Shown here piece by piece: positions 52,773 to 64,000 of a DNA stretch of 64,000 nt (positions are counted from its first letter, which is position 1; each line of letters opens with the position of its first letter). The stretch is taken from assembly GCA_010015805.1 (NCBI GenBank), contig ML978123.1, positions 2,666,001 through 2,730,000 on the forward strand, given 5' to 3'. Made by a program: the position numbers and the translations under genes. The stretch is from Rhizodiscina lignyota (Eukaryota). The notes below the pieces were generated by a model, which had not been told where the DNA came from, ran no database searches, and saw only the letters and a program-made list of their open reading frames with translations.

Positions 52773-54017
52773 ATGGCTTCTACCGTTCGGAGATCTGCCG
52801 CGAGAGCTACCAGCTCAGATTCGTTCGAGCCCCACAAGGATGCCTTCATAGATCCGAGAGACACCGCAAAATACCTCCTCCGAGTAACGGCTGGTCCGTC
52901 CTACGATACCTCAACACATGGCCTCGTTCACGTGAACGGGGACGCCTTCACTGTCGAAAACCAATCCATGACGACGTCCGTCCATGTTCGAATAAGAGAC
53001 TATCATGGCCTCCCGAAAACATCTCCATCGACTAATTCGTACTTCTCACATCCAAGTCACATATATGACCGGTATTCGATATCATTCTCATTCACACCGA
53101 AAAAGGACATCCCGGGCGAAGTGGTGATAATGGGCTTTGACTTCGATAGACCCATCAGGGACCGCCTTCCGCCTCTCTTCCGCCCGGCCTTGAGATTCGT
53201 CACCAGTGTCATCGACCCTGGAATCTACTGCGACGCATACGCCGACAAACCATACATTTATGGCGCTGCGCTCTCCAGCTTCTACGTTCTCCGGATCGGC
53301 GACAAACTAGATCCTTCATCCTCTTCAGAATCGCAACCCATCTCATCACAGCCACAGAAATCTCGCATTGTCCAGGAAGGGTCGGACGGTAATGGCGCTC
53401 AAGTCCGCAAGCAAAAATCCATGCCGGACAACTCGGAGAAAAGACGCAAATTCTTTCTGAAAAAGCACAATATAGAAGACTTCACATTCGAAGCCGGACG
53501 GGAATACGAAGCCGACTTCTTCAATCCATATCTTGATTTCGCGAATTTTGCAGTGCGCCTGCCGGGGTTCTCTATCAGCGTTGCGAGGTATATCGACGAG
53601 AAAACACATACGCTCCGATACGTTCTGAAGAACAAGAAGACCGGTGAGGTGTATTTTTGTGTGCTTTTCACACTGTTGTTCGGACAGGAACTGCAAAATG
53701 CGCTGAGAGAAGAGAGAGAGAGGTTGGGCGAGCCCGAGCCGGAGACTATTGAGGCCGAACGGCAACCAAGCGAAGATGAATCAGATTCAGCAGATAGCAA
53801 CGGCGTTCAACAACTTCCAGAAGAATCAGAGCAGCAAGGATTGATCGCGAGCCTCGGAAGATGGATACCGAAGATTCTAAAGTCCGGAGGAACCCCTTCA
53901 GGTAGAAGTACGCCTGCTCCGGAGCGAAGGTCGGACGACGAGCACATTGAGCATATAAGTGACGAGAAAGTCGAGGCTGCACTTCGCAGTCGCCATGTAT
54001 CAGCTCAAGATGCATAA
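52773..54017 (+). CDS. DUF1769 / UPF0590-family protein
   Basis: KYLLRVTAGPSYD, VRIRDYHGLP, GFDFDRPIRDRLPP, IDPG..D.YADKPY, FFNPYLDF, LRYVLKN. Confidence 0.85.
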   Translation: MASTVRRSAARATSSDSFEPHKDAFIDPRDTAKYLLRVTAGPSYDTSTHGLVHVNGDAFTVENQSMTTSVHVRIRDYHGLPKTSPSTNSYFSHPSHIYDRYSISFSFTPKKDIPGEVVIMGFDFDRPIRDRLPPLFRPALRFVTSVIDPGIYCDAYADKPYIYGAALSSFYVLRIGDKLDPSSSSESQPISSQPQKSRIVQEGSDGNGAQVRKQKSMPDNSEKRRKFFLKKHNIEDFTFEAGREYEADFFNPYLDFANFAVRLPGFSISVARYIDEKTHTLRYVLKNKKTGEVYFCVLFTLLFGQELQNALREERERLGEPEPETIEAERQPSEDESDSADSNGVQQLPEESEQQGLIASLGRWIPKILKSGGTPSGRSTPAPERRSDDEHIEHISDEKVEAALRSRHVSAQDA

Positions 54018-55039
54018 GGATTGGTGTGTTTTAGCATTGTAGATCATACCCTCGCAAGGTCACCATTGTATAGATGTATTGGGAATTGGTATTGGCCATC
54101 TTTGCACAGTTAGTTTAGCGCTTACCGGACGCTGATGAGTTGTCATCAGCATAAGAGCATTCAATGTCCGATAAATCACTTTCAGAATTGACTTTTGACA
54201 AACTTGCTGGAGAACTCGAAAAATAAAGTGCATCCCTCCTTCAACTCAACCAGCCCTGCCAGATAAGAGGAGAAGTGGAGAGTGTTGCTCATGTACGCAA
54301 GGGTGTTCGTGGCTCTGTATGTGGCTTAGCCTCCCAGGTGGGCACGGTACTGTCGCATTCGTTCACCTCCTCAGTCTCTTTTGCCTGCCGTATTTTTCAG
54401 AATGGTACGTTAATAGGCGGCTTTCGGTCTCATGAAGAGGCCGAAGGATCAAGCCTGTCAAATCCGGCCAATTCAACTCATTTTCATGGGGTTGCCCTCT
54501 CTCGGTCGAGAAGTTTCCAGCGGAGGTAATGATTTCGGGTTTATATTGTACTCAAGAGTTGCACTCAGAGTTCCCCTGCTTCATCGGCTGAATTAGAAAT
54601 GGCAGCGTGCTCGTTTCGACGGCGCGACGCTTAAATTTGAGCCGCAAGATAAAGTAATCTTGATCGTTCCCTTTCCATGCAATGCTAATGCGCTAATCGC
54701 CCGCAGGTTAAACCGTCTTGGTGATAGGATCGCCGGAATTATTGCGGATTTAATGGCATCGTTTTGGCTTCTATGCCGCTTAACCGAACGTCATAGGTAG
54801 AGAAGTCGGCGCTACCGACGGCACGAAGGCACCGTCTGCTATCTCCTTCAATTGCGACTCGCTCGGATATACTGATCCACTATCCGTTAGAGGGTCTAGA
54901 CAGGCATTGGACGCCTGGACATGCGAATCGAATACGGTACCCGTGCAAATGGCGAAACCTTTATTATATCCACCATGGCTCTTCTTGGCTCTCAACATCG
55001 ACATCAACATCGACACAGCTTCGAACTCGAAGAACCAAA

Positions 55040-56742
55040 ATGGATCTTCAGAAAAGCACGACTCCCGAGGCGGACCCAGTCATTGCACACGCCCATACGC
55101 AGGCCTCGCACATATCTCGGCCATCACTGGGAGAGCGGATAGAAACCGATATCACAGAGTCGCGTTCCACCCTTGAAGACTCCGATTCCGCAAGCGAGAA
55201 GGATATCGAGAAAGCCGATTTCGGCAACGATGAAGCGCCACAACAGCATCCAAACGAATGTACATGTGGTTTCCACCCAAAGAACGATCTTGTGGAATTT
55301 GTTGGGCCCGATGATCCTGGGAATCCAAAGAACTGGCCGCGGGGGAGGAGATGGGGTATCACTGTGTCTATGGGAGCGATGACCTTTGTCGTGACCTTCT
55401 CAAGCTCGATCTTCAGCGTGGCAATCCCTTCTGTAGCTGAGGAATATAACGTCGGAAGAGTGGTGTCTACTCTTGGCATCACTCTTTTCTTGTTGGTGAG
55501 TCCCTACGTTATACATCTTTCTGGGTATTGGATTAATCATACTAATATCAACTCCAGGGCTTTGTCTTTGGTCCAGTATTCTTCGGACCCGCATCCGAAG
55601 CCTTCGGCCGGCGAGTTCCTCTACACTTTGGCTATATCCTATTCGCGATCTTTCAAATTCCCGTCGCCGTCGCGCGAAATGTCGAGACTATCATGCTCGG
55701 CCGATTCTTTGGTGGCTTCTTCGCATCGGCGCCTCTCGCTGTCGTCGGTGGCGCCATGGCCGACATTTGGGATCCCATCGATAGAGCATATGCCATTTGC
55801 ATTTTTGCCGGAGGTGCTTTCTGCGGTCCTGTCGCAGGACCCATCATGGGAGGCTTCATCACGCAAAGCCACCTTGGGTGGCGCTGGACTTCTTGGATTA
55901 CACTCATAATGGCCAGTTTGTTCGGACTCATTGGGCTCTTCGTTATCCCAGAGACTTCAGCGGCAAGGATTCTCCAGATACGAGCGAAAGAGATGAGGTA
56001 CAAGACAGGCAATTGGGCACTCCATGCCAAGGCAGACGAGCATCACATCACTGCAAAGTCAATCTTGAACGTCTACCTGATGAGACCGTTCATCATGTTC
56101 GTCAAGGAGCCCATCCTCGCGCTAATTACAGCCTACATGTCTTTCATTTACGGAATCCTCTACCTGCTCTTCGAGGCATACCCTATCTCATTTGGTGAAG
56201 AACGCGGCTGGAACCTCGGAGTGGCCTCCCTCCCATTCGTGTCTTTCGTCGTGGGAATCATGATGGGGACCGGCGTCATCGCATACAGCACGCGCACGAA
56301 TTTTGCCAAAGCGTTTAAGAAACACGGAAGGCCTATCCCGGAAGAGCGCTTACCACCGATGATCATCGGCGCGGTTGTTCTACCAATCGGTCTTTTCTGG
56401 TTCGCGTGGACTTCCAATCCGAACATCACGTGGGTGCCACAGGTCCTGTCCTCCGCGCTCATTGGTATGGGCTGCCTCGTCACGTTTTGGCAGGGCATGA
56501 ACTACATCATCGACTGCTATGGCTTCTACTCTAACTCCGCAATTGCCGTGAACACTTTCATACGGTCAATTGCCGGCGCTGGATTCCCACTGTTTGCCCC
56601 TGCCATGTATCACAAGCTTGGTGTGCCCTGGGCGACAAGTTTGCTCGCATTCTTATGCACGGCTTTCCTGCCGGTTCCGGTTCTGTTCTACATGTATGGC
56701 GCAAAGATAAGGCAGAGGTCAACTTTCACGCCGACGGGCTAG
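55040..56742 (+). CDS. MFS drug:H+ antiporter (DHA1 family), 2 exons
   Basis: DDPGNPKNW, GPASEAFGRR, GRFFGGFFASAPL, LGWRW, PEERLPPM. Intron 55496-55557. Confidence 0.93.
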
Positions 56743-57099
56743 AGCGGTGTTTCTTACATACTGTGTTACCCTAGACTGTATTCTGGGCTTGGTTCAATTT
56801 CGTGCGTTATAGCGGCATTTGGATATATGTAGACATGAGTTACGGTTGATGGTTGGCAATGAAATAGACTCGACTGCGAAACTTTGAAGAGTATGATCGC
56901 CTCGTCTAGTCCTTCCAAGTCGTCGACTTCAACGTATTTGTCTCCGGTATTCACCTAAAGAGATCGCACCTTCTTCTGGTCATACCAACCTAACAACTCA
57001 ACAGTCTTCTCATCAGCGACTCTCATGAGTCACCAACACTGCATGCTGTGGTTCACACCCTTCTTGGCCTTCACGCCGCTTTGAGCATAATAATCACCA

Positions 57100-57335
57100 A
57101 CTTGCAGATGATATCGCGGAGTTAACGAAAACGTGAACTTAGTGCGAGTTGGTAAGAGGACAGTAATGGAAGTCGCAGAGGGAGCCACCCTAATCGAGCT
57201 TGAGCACGCCTTAGAGTGTGGTGAATGCGCCTGCCACATGAGCAGAGGTCGGTGTTGGAAGGCGCCGCTTCAGAGCATAAAGTCAAAAGATACTTACTCC
57301 ACATGCCCACTGTGTCGGAAGGTGTTAGCTAGCGT
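57100..57335 (+). pseudogene. Possible RING-finger remnant
   Basis: In-frame TCR*Y ... CGECACH....RCW ... STCPLCRKVL; a stop falls where the first Cys pair should be. Confidence 0.3.
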
Positions 57336-57439
57336 CCTGGGTATATATGTTTCACAACTACGCGAGCACAGATTCCTTCCTCGATCAACTCTTTCCTTCG
57401 TGATTGACATACTCAACACAAGTCATCAAAACTCCCACA

Positions 57440-57925
57440 ATGTCAGCAGTCCCGATCCAACTCAAAGGTCTTACCGACCGTGAAGCGTGCATGGACACTA
57501 TCTATCGCCTCGTTCAAGGCCTCGACGACCCTTCCGAAGAGCTTCTTCAATCGGCGTTTACTGAAGACGTGGTCTTCGACCGAACACCTGCCAATGCCAT
57601 CGGCCTAGAATTCGATACCATCGCCACACGAGACAAGATTGTTCCGGAACTCTTCAACAACATCGGCAAACCGATGGACACGCTTCATCAGGTGACCAAC
57701 ATCCGCGTCGACGTAGATGGAGACAAGGCGCACCTCACTTGTTCTGTGCTTGCACAGCACTTTCGCGCCGGCGAGGGCCACGAACCCCACAAGCAGGATC
57801 AACTTTTCATGGGGAACAAGCTTGTCGGAGACCTTGTCAGGGCTGAAGCAGGACTTTGGAGGATCCAGAAGCTCGTCCTCTATAACCAGTGGACTACTGG
57901 AACGTTGGACGTGTTCAAGCATTAG
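57440..57925 (+). CDS. SnoaL/NTF2-like domain protein
   Basis: DREAC.DTIYR..QGLD, AFTED, TLHQVTNIRV.VDGDKA, AQHF, WRIQKL. Confidence 0.88.
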   Translation: MSAVPIQLKGLTDREACMDTIYRLVQGLDDPSEELLQSAFTEDVVFDRTPANAIGLEFDTIATRDKIVPELFNNIGKPMDTLHQVTNIRVDVDGDKAHLTCSVLAQHFRAGEGHEPHKQDQLFMGNKLVGDLVRAEAGLWRIQKLVLYNQWTTGTLDVFKH

Positions 57926-59157
57926 CAGAGAGGATGGGCGAGCGCAATGTCGTTAAAGCTCGGTAACAAGATGGCGGATCTGATGGCTGCTTGAAGTGGA
58001 GATCAGCTCGTAATCGGTTGCTACTCGAATCAACATACATGTCAATCAAATTCTACTCGTCAGTTTTTGTATGCGCACCTGCAGTCTTGCCTTCGCTGTG
58101 CTTTCGTTCATGATTCTCTGAGGGTTTTATGATACTCGACCGTTCAGCCGTGGGGAGCGTTGGAGTGTGGAGTTGACGAGGGGAAGCCCCTTACGTATCT
58201 TACTCCGTTACGCGTATGTAGGGGGAAGTCTCTTTAAATAGGCTACACCGTGCGCAAGCCTCTCCAGCATCTAGATAGGATCAAGGTTAGAGTTTAGTAA
58301 AACCCCTAAAAAGATGAGTACCTTCGTGGGGGGAAAAGACAACCTTCGTGACGTCGAAGTTGGAGGCTCGAGACTCGAGTTGAATGCCGTGGGTTCTATT
58401 CAGCTTTAGTCCGTGCGTACCTGGCAGAGACCCCCTGCCCACTGCCTTCTTAGGAATAGCTCGGGCTGAGACAGCCGTTATAATGTCGAAGGAAGTTCAA
58501 TACAGCCAATAATAAAACAGGACAGAGCAGGGATCTGTGGTACGTGCACCCAAAAATTCCGACACAGCATCCACACGCCAAATTTCTAAGTCCTGAAGCA
58601 CTGCCTTGGTTTTTTTTGGAACCGAATTCTTCTGCTGATATCGTACGCACAGCTGGTGTTCAGCTTGACTTCAATCAGTATCTCCGTTATTGCTCCCACC
58701 TTAGTACTGCACTTTCTGTCCGCGCCCTGCCCCCGGTCGAAATTTGGACAGAGATTGAATATTGGACAATGGTTATCGACATTCAAAAGCTATCGGGCTC
58801 TTGCTCGTGCGAAAAGAAGCTCTTGAAAATTGTTCACGGCAAGTTCAACAATTAAGCGGCAGAACAAGACAGTCAGCTCTTAACGAGCGCACATTGAAGC
58901 AACTATTTCCTGAAGAATGTGTATTTGTTAACACTTTCAACCCTTTAACGCCAAATATCTTTCCAGATTGCTTCCCAGAGTTGGCCTAGCTTCATAGCCA
59001 AACCCTTTTCGTTACCTCAGTGTCTCATTCTTTGTTCCAAAAGCTCATTTTTGGGCATGTTGCATGCATACCCTGTTCGAGTTTGAGAGGTCAACCGTGC
59101 CGACAATGAACGCGCCTGGTCTATCCATTATGATATCCGACACAGGATTCCCCACGC

Positions 59158-60018
59158 TTACGTTTCCGCTGGGGTCTTGATCTTAGCGAGTTGCTTCGGC
59201 TTCGCCAGATCTTCGAAGAGGTCGAACTCCCCATCGAAACTCTCGACCTGATCGGACTCGAGATCCTCGTCACCACATTCGGCCGTAGTTGATACCCTGT
59301 CATCGTCCTCGAGGAAGTCGTTTCCGTCAATCGCAACCCAATCAAGAGGGTCAATCACAACTTTATGTTTGGATTCAAGATCCTTCTCCTTCCCATTGGT
59401 AAGGACCTGGTGTTGAAACTTCGGAACACGCCACTTGAACGACGTCGTGTACTTCACTGCATACACTTCGTTAGCGATAAGATAAAGTCCATCACATGCG
59501 GTCGTACACTTACGAGCATTGTCAATGACCACCATATCATCACCACAGCACTCTTCCTCCTCGCCAGAGTGCTTGTGGGTATGCTGGGCAAGCGAGAATT
59601 TCAACACGAGCCTCCACGAACCGATGCCACGATCATACTCGAGTTCTGGCTCAGCTCGCTTTGCCAGCTCTGCGCCATACAAGTCGAACACGATCGGTCC
59701 GGCCTTTAAGAGGGCGGACTCGGCGTAGTCGATGAATTTAGCGTTGTCGGGAGAGGCCGTGGTCGGCGAAATATGCGGGTGAGGATACGCGCGAACTTCG
59801 ACTGCTTTGCAATCGATTTTTCGCTTGAGCCTATACATCCATGTTACGTGCCCTGCGTTCAACATTTTTGCGCAGTGTATCAGGGAGGACGTTTCTGGCT
59901 GCGGAAGAAGCTTCGCAACTCGTGCCGTACTTGGAACCTTGAAGGTAAGTTCTGTGATTTTGTCAATGGTATATATAGTGTTGGGGTAGTGATGAGGAAT
60001 GCGGAGAGCAAGAAGCAT
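59158..60018 (-). CDS. Hypothetical protein with acidic C-terminus
   Basis: 286-aa ORF with a CT-rich leader and coding-like composition. Start may be the later Met (MLNAG). No family recognised. Confidence 0.6.
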   Translation of the reverse strand: MLLALRIPHHYPNTIYTIDKITELTFKVPSTARVAKLLPQPETSSLIHCAKMLNAGHVTWMYRLKRKIDCKAVEVRAYPHPHISPTTASPDNAKFIDYAESALLKAGPIVFDLYGAELAKRAEPELEYDRGIGSWRLVLKFSLAQHTHKHSGEEEECCGDDMVVIDNARKCTTACDGLYLIANEVYAVKYTTSFKWRVPKFQHQVLTNGKEKDLESKHKVVIDPLDWVAIDGNDFLEDDDRVSTTAECGDEDLESDQVESFDGEFDLFEDLAKPKQLAKIKTPAET

Positions 60019-60507
60019 GGGAGTGAAGTAATTGAGAAATACAGATTTGGTCGAAGGACGCTGGCGGAGTGAAGAAGTGAAGTGAAGTGTTGATGGTGTC
60101 GGTTATGCATGAAGGCATGTCGAGAGATTTATAGTCGCACCGAAAGCGCCACATATTACATCACATGAACAGCTTTCTGCTTCGGACACTGTGAATGAAA
60201 TCTACATTAGGGAACTGGCAGCACGGCCTGTACTCATTCATAGCTGAAGAAGTTAGCGGGTCGAAGTACGGTACCACAGAAAGGTAGATGTATGTCTGAA
60301 ACTCATTCAATTAGCGACATAGCCGCCGAGAAAAGGTAGTACAGAGACAACACGCTTTATTGAGTAATTTGACCAATAAAACTCTAGTTGCAGGAAACTT
60401 GGAGGTAGGGAAGTCAGTGGTATGGTATTATGCTAATGCAGAACATGTAGACAGGAGAGTGGATCAACTTCCAAGAGAAACAATAGAAAGACAGCGCCCG
60501 TAAAGCC

Positions 60508-61476
60508 TCAAAGCCTTTGCATAATTCCAGGCTCAATTTGGTCCAGCTTATCCTTGAGTTCACTCCAAATCCGTTTCTGTAGCTTGACTCCTTCAGCGCT
60601 CGTTACGAAAGGCGAAATACTATCGATTGCGCAATTGGCCAAGTACTCCCCTTGAAACTCGGGCCCTGCTCCGGCCGCGAATACAAAAGGTCTGCTTCCA
60701 ACCTCGGTCGTCCTGGCATGCAACACGGCTTTCGCAACATGTTGCACGGCGCCGACTTCGCGCATGAGTTCTGAGTGGCAGAAGCCAGGGTCGACGGCAG
60801 TCATAGTGATCGGGTAGTCTTTCCCGAACTCGTCGACGAAAGCGCGTACAACCAACAGGTCCATCAGTTTTGTAACATTATACCTGTCCGACATCTTGGC
60901 GGTAGCCTTGTTGTTCAGATTGTCAAAGAGCTTGCCGGGCTTCTTACGCTCTTGAATTTCCGTCATCTTATGAAGGCCCGAGGACACAATCGCTATACGT
61001 GGACGGGTGTCAAATCGAGAAGCAGTCTCTTTGAGTTTCGGAATGAGGAGGAAGGCAAGGAGGAAGTTTGCCACTACGTTGACCGTGATAGTCGCTTCGT
61101 TTTCTTCGGCCATGTTGAACTTTTGAGTCGAAATTCCGGCGTTTGCGAGGAGACAGTCGAGTCGAGGAAGTTCTTCCGCTCGCTTGGCGAAGGCTTTGAC
61201 ACTCGCATACGAGCTCAGGTCGAGCTGCCATACCTCCACCACCCCAGTCTTTCCTGTCGTGCTGACAATGTCTGATTTGGCCTTTTCGCCTTTATCGACG
61301 CTGCGGCAGGCAAGTATAACTTTCTCTGCACCGAGTCGCGTGAAATGACGAGCTGATTCAAGGCCAAGGCCGACATTTGCGCCAGTGACGATAACTGTCT
61401 GGCCGGCGAAAGACTGCGTTGGCCACGGCGGGGTGATGAACCACTGTGAATAGATCAAATGTGAGAAGAAGCCCAT
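60508..61476 (-). CDS. Short-chain dehydrogenase/reductase (retinol dehydrogenase/WWOX-like)
   Basis: TGANVGLG, ILACR, LDLSSYASV, ANAG, VSSG.H, catalytic YNVTK, PGFCHSEL. Confidence 0.94.
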   Translation of the reverse strand: MGFFSHLIYSQWFITPPWPTQSFAGQTVIVTGANVGLGLESARHFTRLGAEKVILACRSVDKGEKAKSDIVSTTGKTGVVEVWQLDLSSYASVKAFAKRAEELPRLDCLLANAGISTQKFNMAEENEATITVNVVANFLLAFLLIPKLKETASRFDTRPRIAIVSSGLHKMTEIQERKKPGKLFDNLNNKATAKMSDRYNVTKLMDLLVVRAFVDEFGKDYPITMTAVDPGFCHSELMREVGAVQHVAKAVLHARTTEVGSRPFVFAAGAGPEFQGEYLANCAIDSISPFVTSAEGVKLQKRIWSELKDKLDQIEPGIMQRL

Positions 61477-62438
61477 TTTCGAACTTGTTTGGTAGGCTTG
61501 GCAGGCTAAGTAAGGGTGTGTGAACGAATAGGGGGTATATATCAAAACTTGATAGATGTAGTGGTTGGAACAATCGTGTATCAACAATAGAGGTGATGGG
61601 TTAAGAAACTTCAAATGAAATATGGCCTTTGATACCGCATTGCAATCGGTTCATTTATGTGGAATGCTGAATTGAACCGTTTGTTCCATATCGGGCGCCT
61701 CGCCCTCCGGACGTAGAGAGCTGTCTGAAGTCCGGCGCTGGCAGTAAGGGCGGATCAGTCTTTAACTATCGACAAGAACGGCTATCAGAGCGCATGCGGC
61801 CAGCCACAAGCCGTAAAATCTTGTCCGGAGGCCCAATTAATGTCCCTTTGGTAGAGTGTCTTCTAATTGAAAGCCAGAGCTCCTCGGGACAATTGACTGA
61901 TCATGCAACCCACCTCCGCTCGGTGACGCGCGCCCTGTTCCCTTCCTGAGCTCAAGCCACGGAGACACGCAACCACAGTGATGCCTGATCGATGGAAGGC
62001 ACAGCTCCCTGATAGTTTCTGAATTCATGTCATGGAGGATGAGTATTCATGGCACAAATGGAGTGCATCAGGCGAGCAGAGAGGAGATGACACCCGTTAT
62101 ATCGCGCTAGTCCTTATTGGGAGTTGAGTGTGGTCAATGCTGGTAACAATCGCTCTTAAATTCTACTCTGCTAAACGTTAACACATGTACTTTGTATTGA
62201 TACACAGTTCCCAGAAGCAACTTCATTCATCAGCTTTGAAGCACTCGAAAGAATGTGGGAAGGTAGAAGTGTCCGCAAAGTGACTCCATATCACGTGACA
62301 GGAATTCAAACCTCCACCTCCGGACATTGACGACACTCCATGAATGCCGGAAAGCATCTGAGAGCAGTTTACATGCGCCACGCTTGCAGGGTGTTTCACT
62401 TAAGCTCCGTTGTATGATGTCCATGTCTCCGATGCAAC

Positions 62439-64000
62439 ATGTCGAAAGATCTGCTGGCGGATTTAGACGACTTTTACCAACCTTCGGCCGCCGGACAACA
62501 ATCGAACAATAATGTCCAGGCCAATTTCTTGTTCTTTGACGACGCCAATTCAATCTCTCAGCCGGCTCAGCAGCATAGACTACAAAGTAGTGCGGCAGCC
62601 CCTAACTATAGTCTCCAAGCCTCCGACGTTGGAAGGTCTTTCCCTTCTTCGATCCCCAGCAATGTAAATCAAGATGATGATGATTGGGGGGATTTTGAAG
62701 ACGCACCGGCATCAGCTGAAATTCAAGAGATGAATATATCGGCACAGCCCTCCAATCGTGTATTCCAGGAGCAGCCGGTAGCATCCAGATCGCCACAGCA
62801 GACAACAGTCGACCCATTCGACCTGATTTTAGCGACTGTCCCCCAAGCTCACCCAAGCTCGCCAAACATTCCGAGCAGCATAGTTACAGCAGCGCCAAAG
62901 AAGGCTGAAAGAATATCCAGGGACCCAAATGTTATCTTTGATGTGGATGAAGACCAGTTTGACGACGATTTCGGAGATTTTGAAGACGCAACACCAAGCG
63001 AGCCTGTTGCGCCTCAGAAACCGTCGGAGCCAGTTCAGCAAATAAGCCAAAATTTGCTCGACTTGGACTTTGGCAGCCCCACAGCAAGCGCCAAAGGCGA
63101 GACGCAACCGCCATGGCAAACACAGAGCCAAGTATCGTCATTTCGCGTTCCTGCTACACCCAGTGCTAGTCACACGACACAGTCAACGGAGAAAGCAAAT
63201 ACTTCCGTAAACGAGGATCCTTGGGGCGAATTCGATGATAGAGAATCGACACCGGAGGTGAATATCAGGCCAAAGCAGCAAACCAGCCTTGGTTCTAGGT
63301 CCAATGACCGTAAATCGAGTCATAGAGACATATGGGATGACTTCACCAGCGCTGGCGACAAGCCAAAGTCCGATTCAAAATCATCACGGACTACTAAACA
63401 GAAGCCAGCCCCAAAAATTGCCGTATTAACGAACACTACGGATGATGATGCATGGGATGACTTCGAATCATCCGTACCTACTCAACCTCCAGCACCTGAG
63501 CAAGTCTCATCTTCAACAACTCAGCCTCCTTCTCTACCAAATTTCTCTCCCGTCCTTTCAGAAACCTCCCCAATACCAACCCTACCACCAACGAACATTC
63601 CGCCTCCATCTCTCCTCCTGACCCTCTTTTCACCTCTCATCTCCACCGCACAATCCTCCTTTTTCCAACCCCTCTCCTCTCTCTCCACCACCGCGCGAAC
63701 ATCCGCACTCTCCCACCTCCAGACCTATACCTTCCTAAAGGCCTACCTTGCCCTCGCGACCGTCGCCGCGCGCGTCATCGCGGGCCGTAAGCTGCGCTGG
63801 AAACGGGACTCCCGTCTCGCACAGGGCATGCGGATTGGTGTGGCTGGCGGAAAGGGAATGAAGCTCGCGGGGATTGATCGAGGCGAGCTGGCGAAGGAAG
63901 ATCGTGAGGTGGCAGACGTGATTCGGGTGTGGAAGGAGCAACTGGGAAAAGTGAGGTCCGCTGTCGTGCAGGTCAATTCATTGGCAGCGAAAGCGGAAGA
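62439..64000 (+). CDS. Conserved fungal protein with multiple acidic [W/F]xxF motifs (runs off window end)
   Basis: Open frame from ATG 62439 (MSKDLLADLDDF) to the window end, so it is absent from the ORF track. Contains DDDDWGDFE, DDFGDFE, DPWGEF, DIWDDF, DAWDDFE, and C-terminal PPTNIPPP..IAGRKLRWKRD..GMKLAGID. Confidence 0.85.
   Translation, partial: MSKDLLADLDDFYQPSAAGQQSNNNVQANFLFFDDANSISQPAQQHRLQSSAAAPNYSLQASDVGRSFPSSIPSNVNQDDDDWGDFEDAPASAEIQEMNISAQPSNRVFQEQPVASRSPQQTTVDPFDLILATVPQAHPSSPNIPSSIVTAAPKKAERISRDPNVIFDVDEDQFDDDFGDFEDATPSEPVAPQKPSEPVQQISQNLLDLDFGSPTASAKGETQPPWQTQSQVSSFRVPATPSASHTTQSTEKANTSVNEDPWGEFDDRESTPEVNIRPKQQTSLGSRSNDRKSSHRDIWDDFTSAGDKPKSDSKSSRTTKQKPAPKIAVLTNTTDDDAWDDFESSVPTQPPAPEQVSSSTTQPPSLPNFSPVLSETSPIPTLPPTNIPPPSLLLTLFSPLISTAQSSFFQPLSSLSTTARTSALSHLQTYTFLKAYLALATVAARVIAGRKLRWKRDSRLAQGMRIGVAGGKGMKLAGIDRGELAKEDREVADVIRVWKEQLGKVRSAVVQVNSLAAKAE

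Noticed and set aside
58187..58225. Imperfect inverted repeat CCCCTTACGTA..TATGTAGGGGG
   Set aside because: Too short and imperfect to call a MITE or ncRNA.

Overview
Eukaryotic DNA from a filamentous ascomycete (Pezizomycotina). Genes have short GT-AG introns with CTRAC/CTAAC-type branch points, so the raw ORF track fragments most of them. About 21 protein-coding genes can be assembled: two DHA1 MFS transporters, an ACS-family MFS permease, an SLC35F6-like transporter, a GID4/Vid24-domain protein, an amidohydrolase, MED10, a PXA-domain protein, a CENP-B-type HTH protein, RBG1/DRG1, cysteine dioxygenase, a GT90 glycosyltransferase, a TesB thioesterase, a SLIP-GC/NUGGC-like dynamin GTPase, a DUF1769 protein, a SnoaL-like protein, an SDR, and several hypotheticals. 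The most unusual feature is a 1,589-nt intron in the PXA gene (other introns here are about 45-125 nt) whose core is packed with hairpins, a candidate undescribed intronic ncRNA or regulatory RNA. Also notable: a minisatellite-rich decaying region at 22.3-26 kb with an OCRE-like octapeptide-repeat pseudogene, a possible SUMO/ubiquitin-like domain fused to the GTPase, and uORFs overlapping two start codons. No rRNA, tRNA, CRISPR array or intact transposon was recognised. All family calls come from motif recognition by eye, not from database searches.
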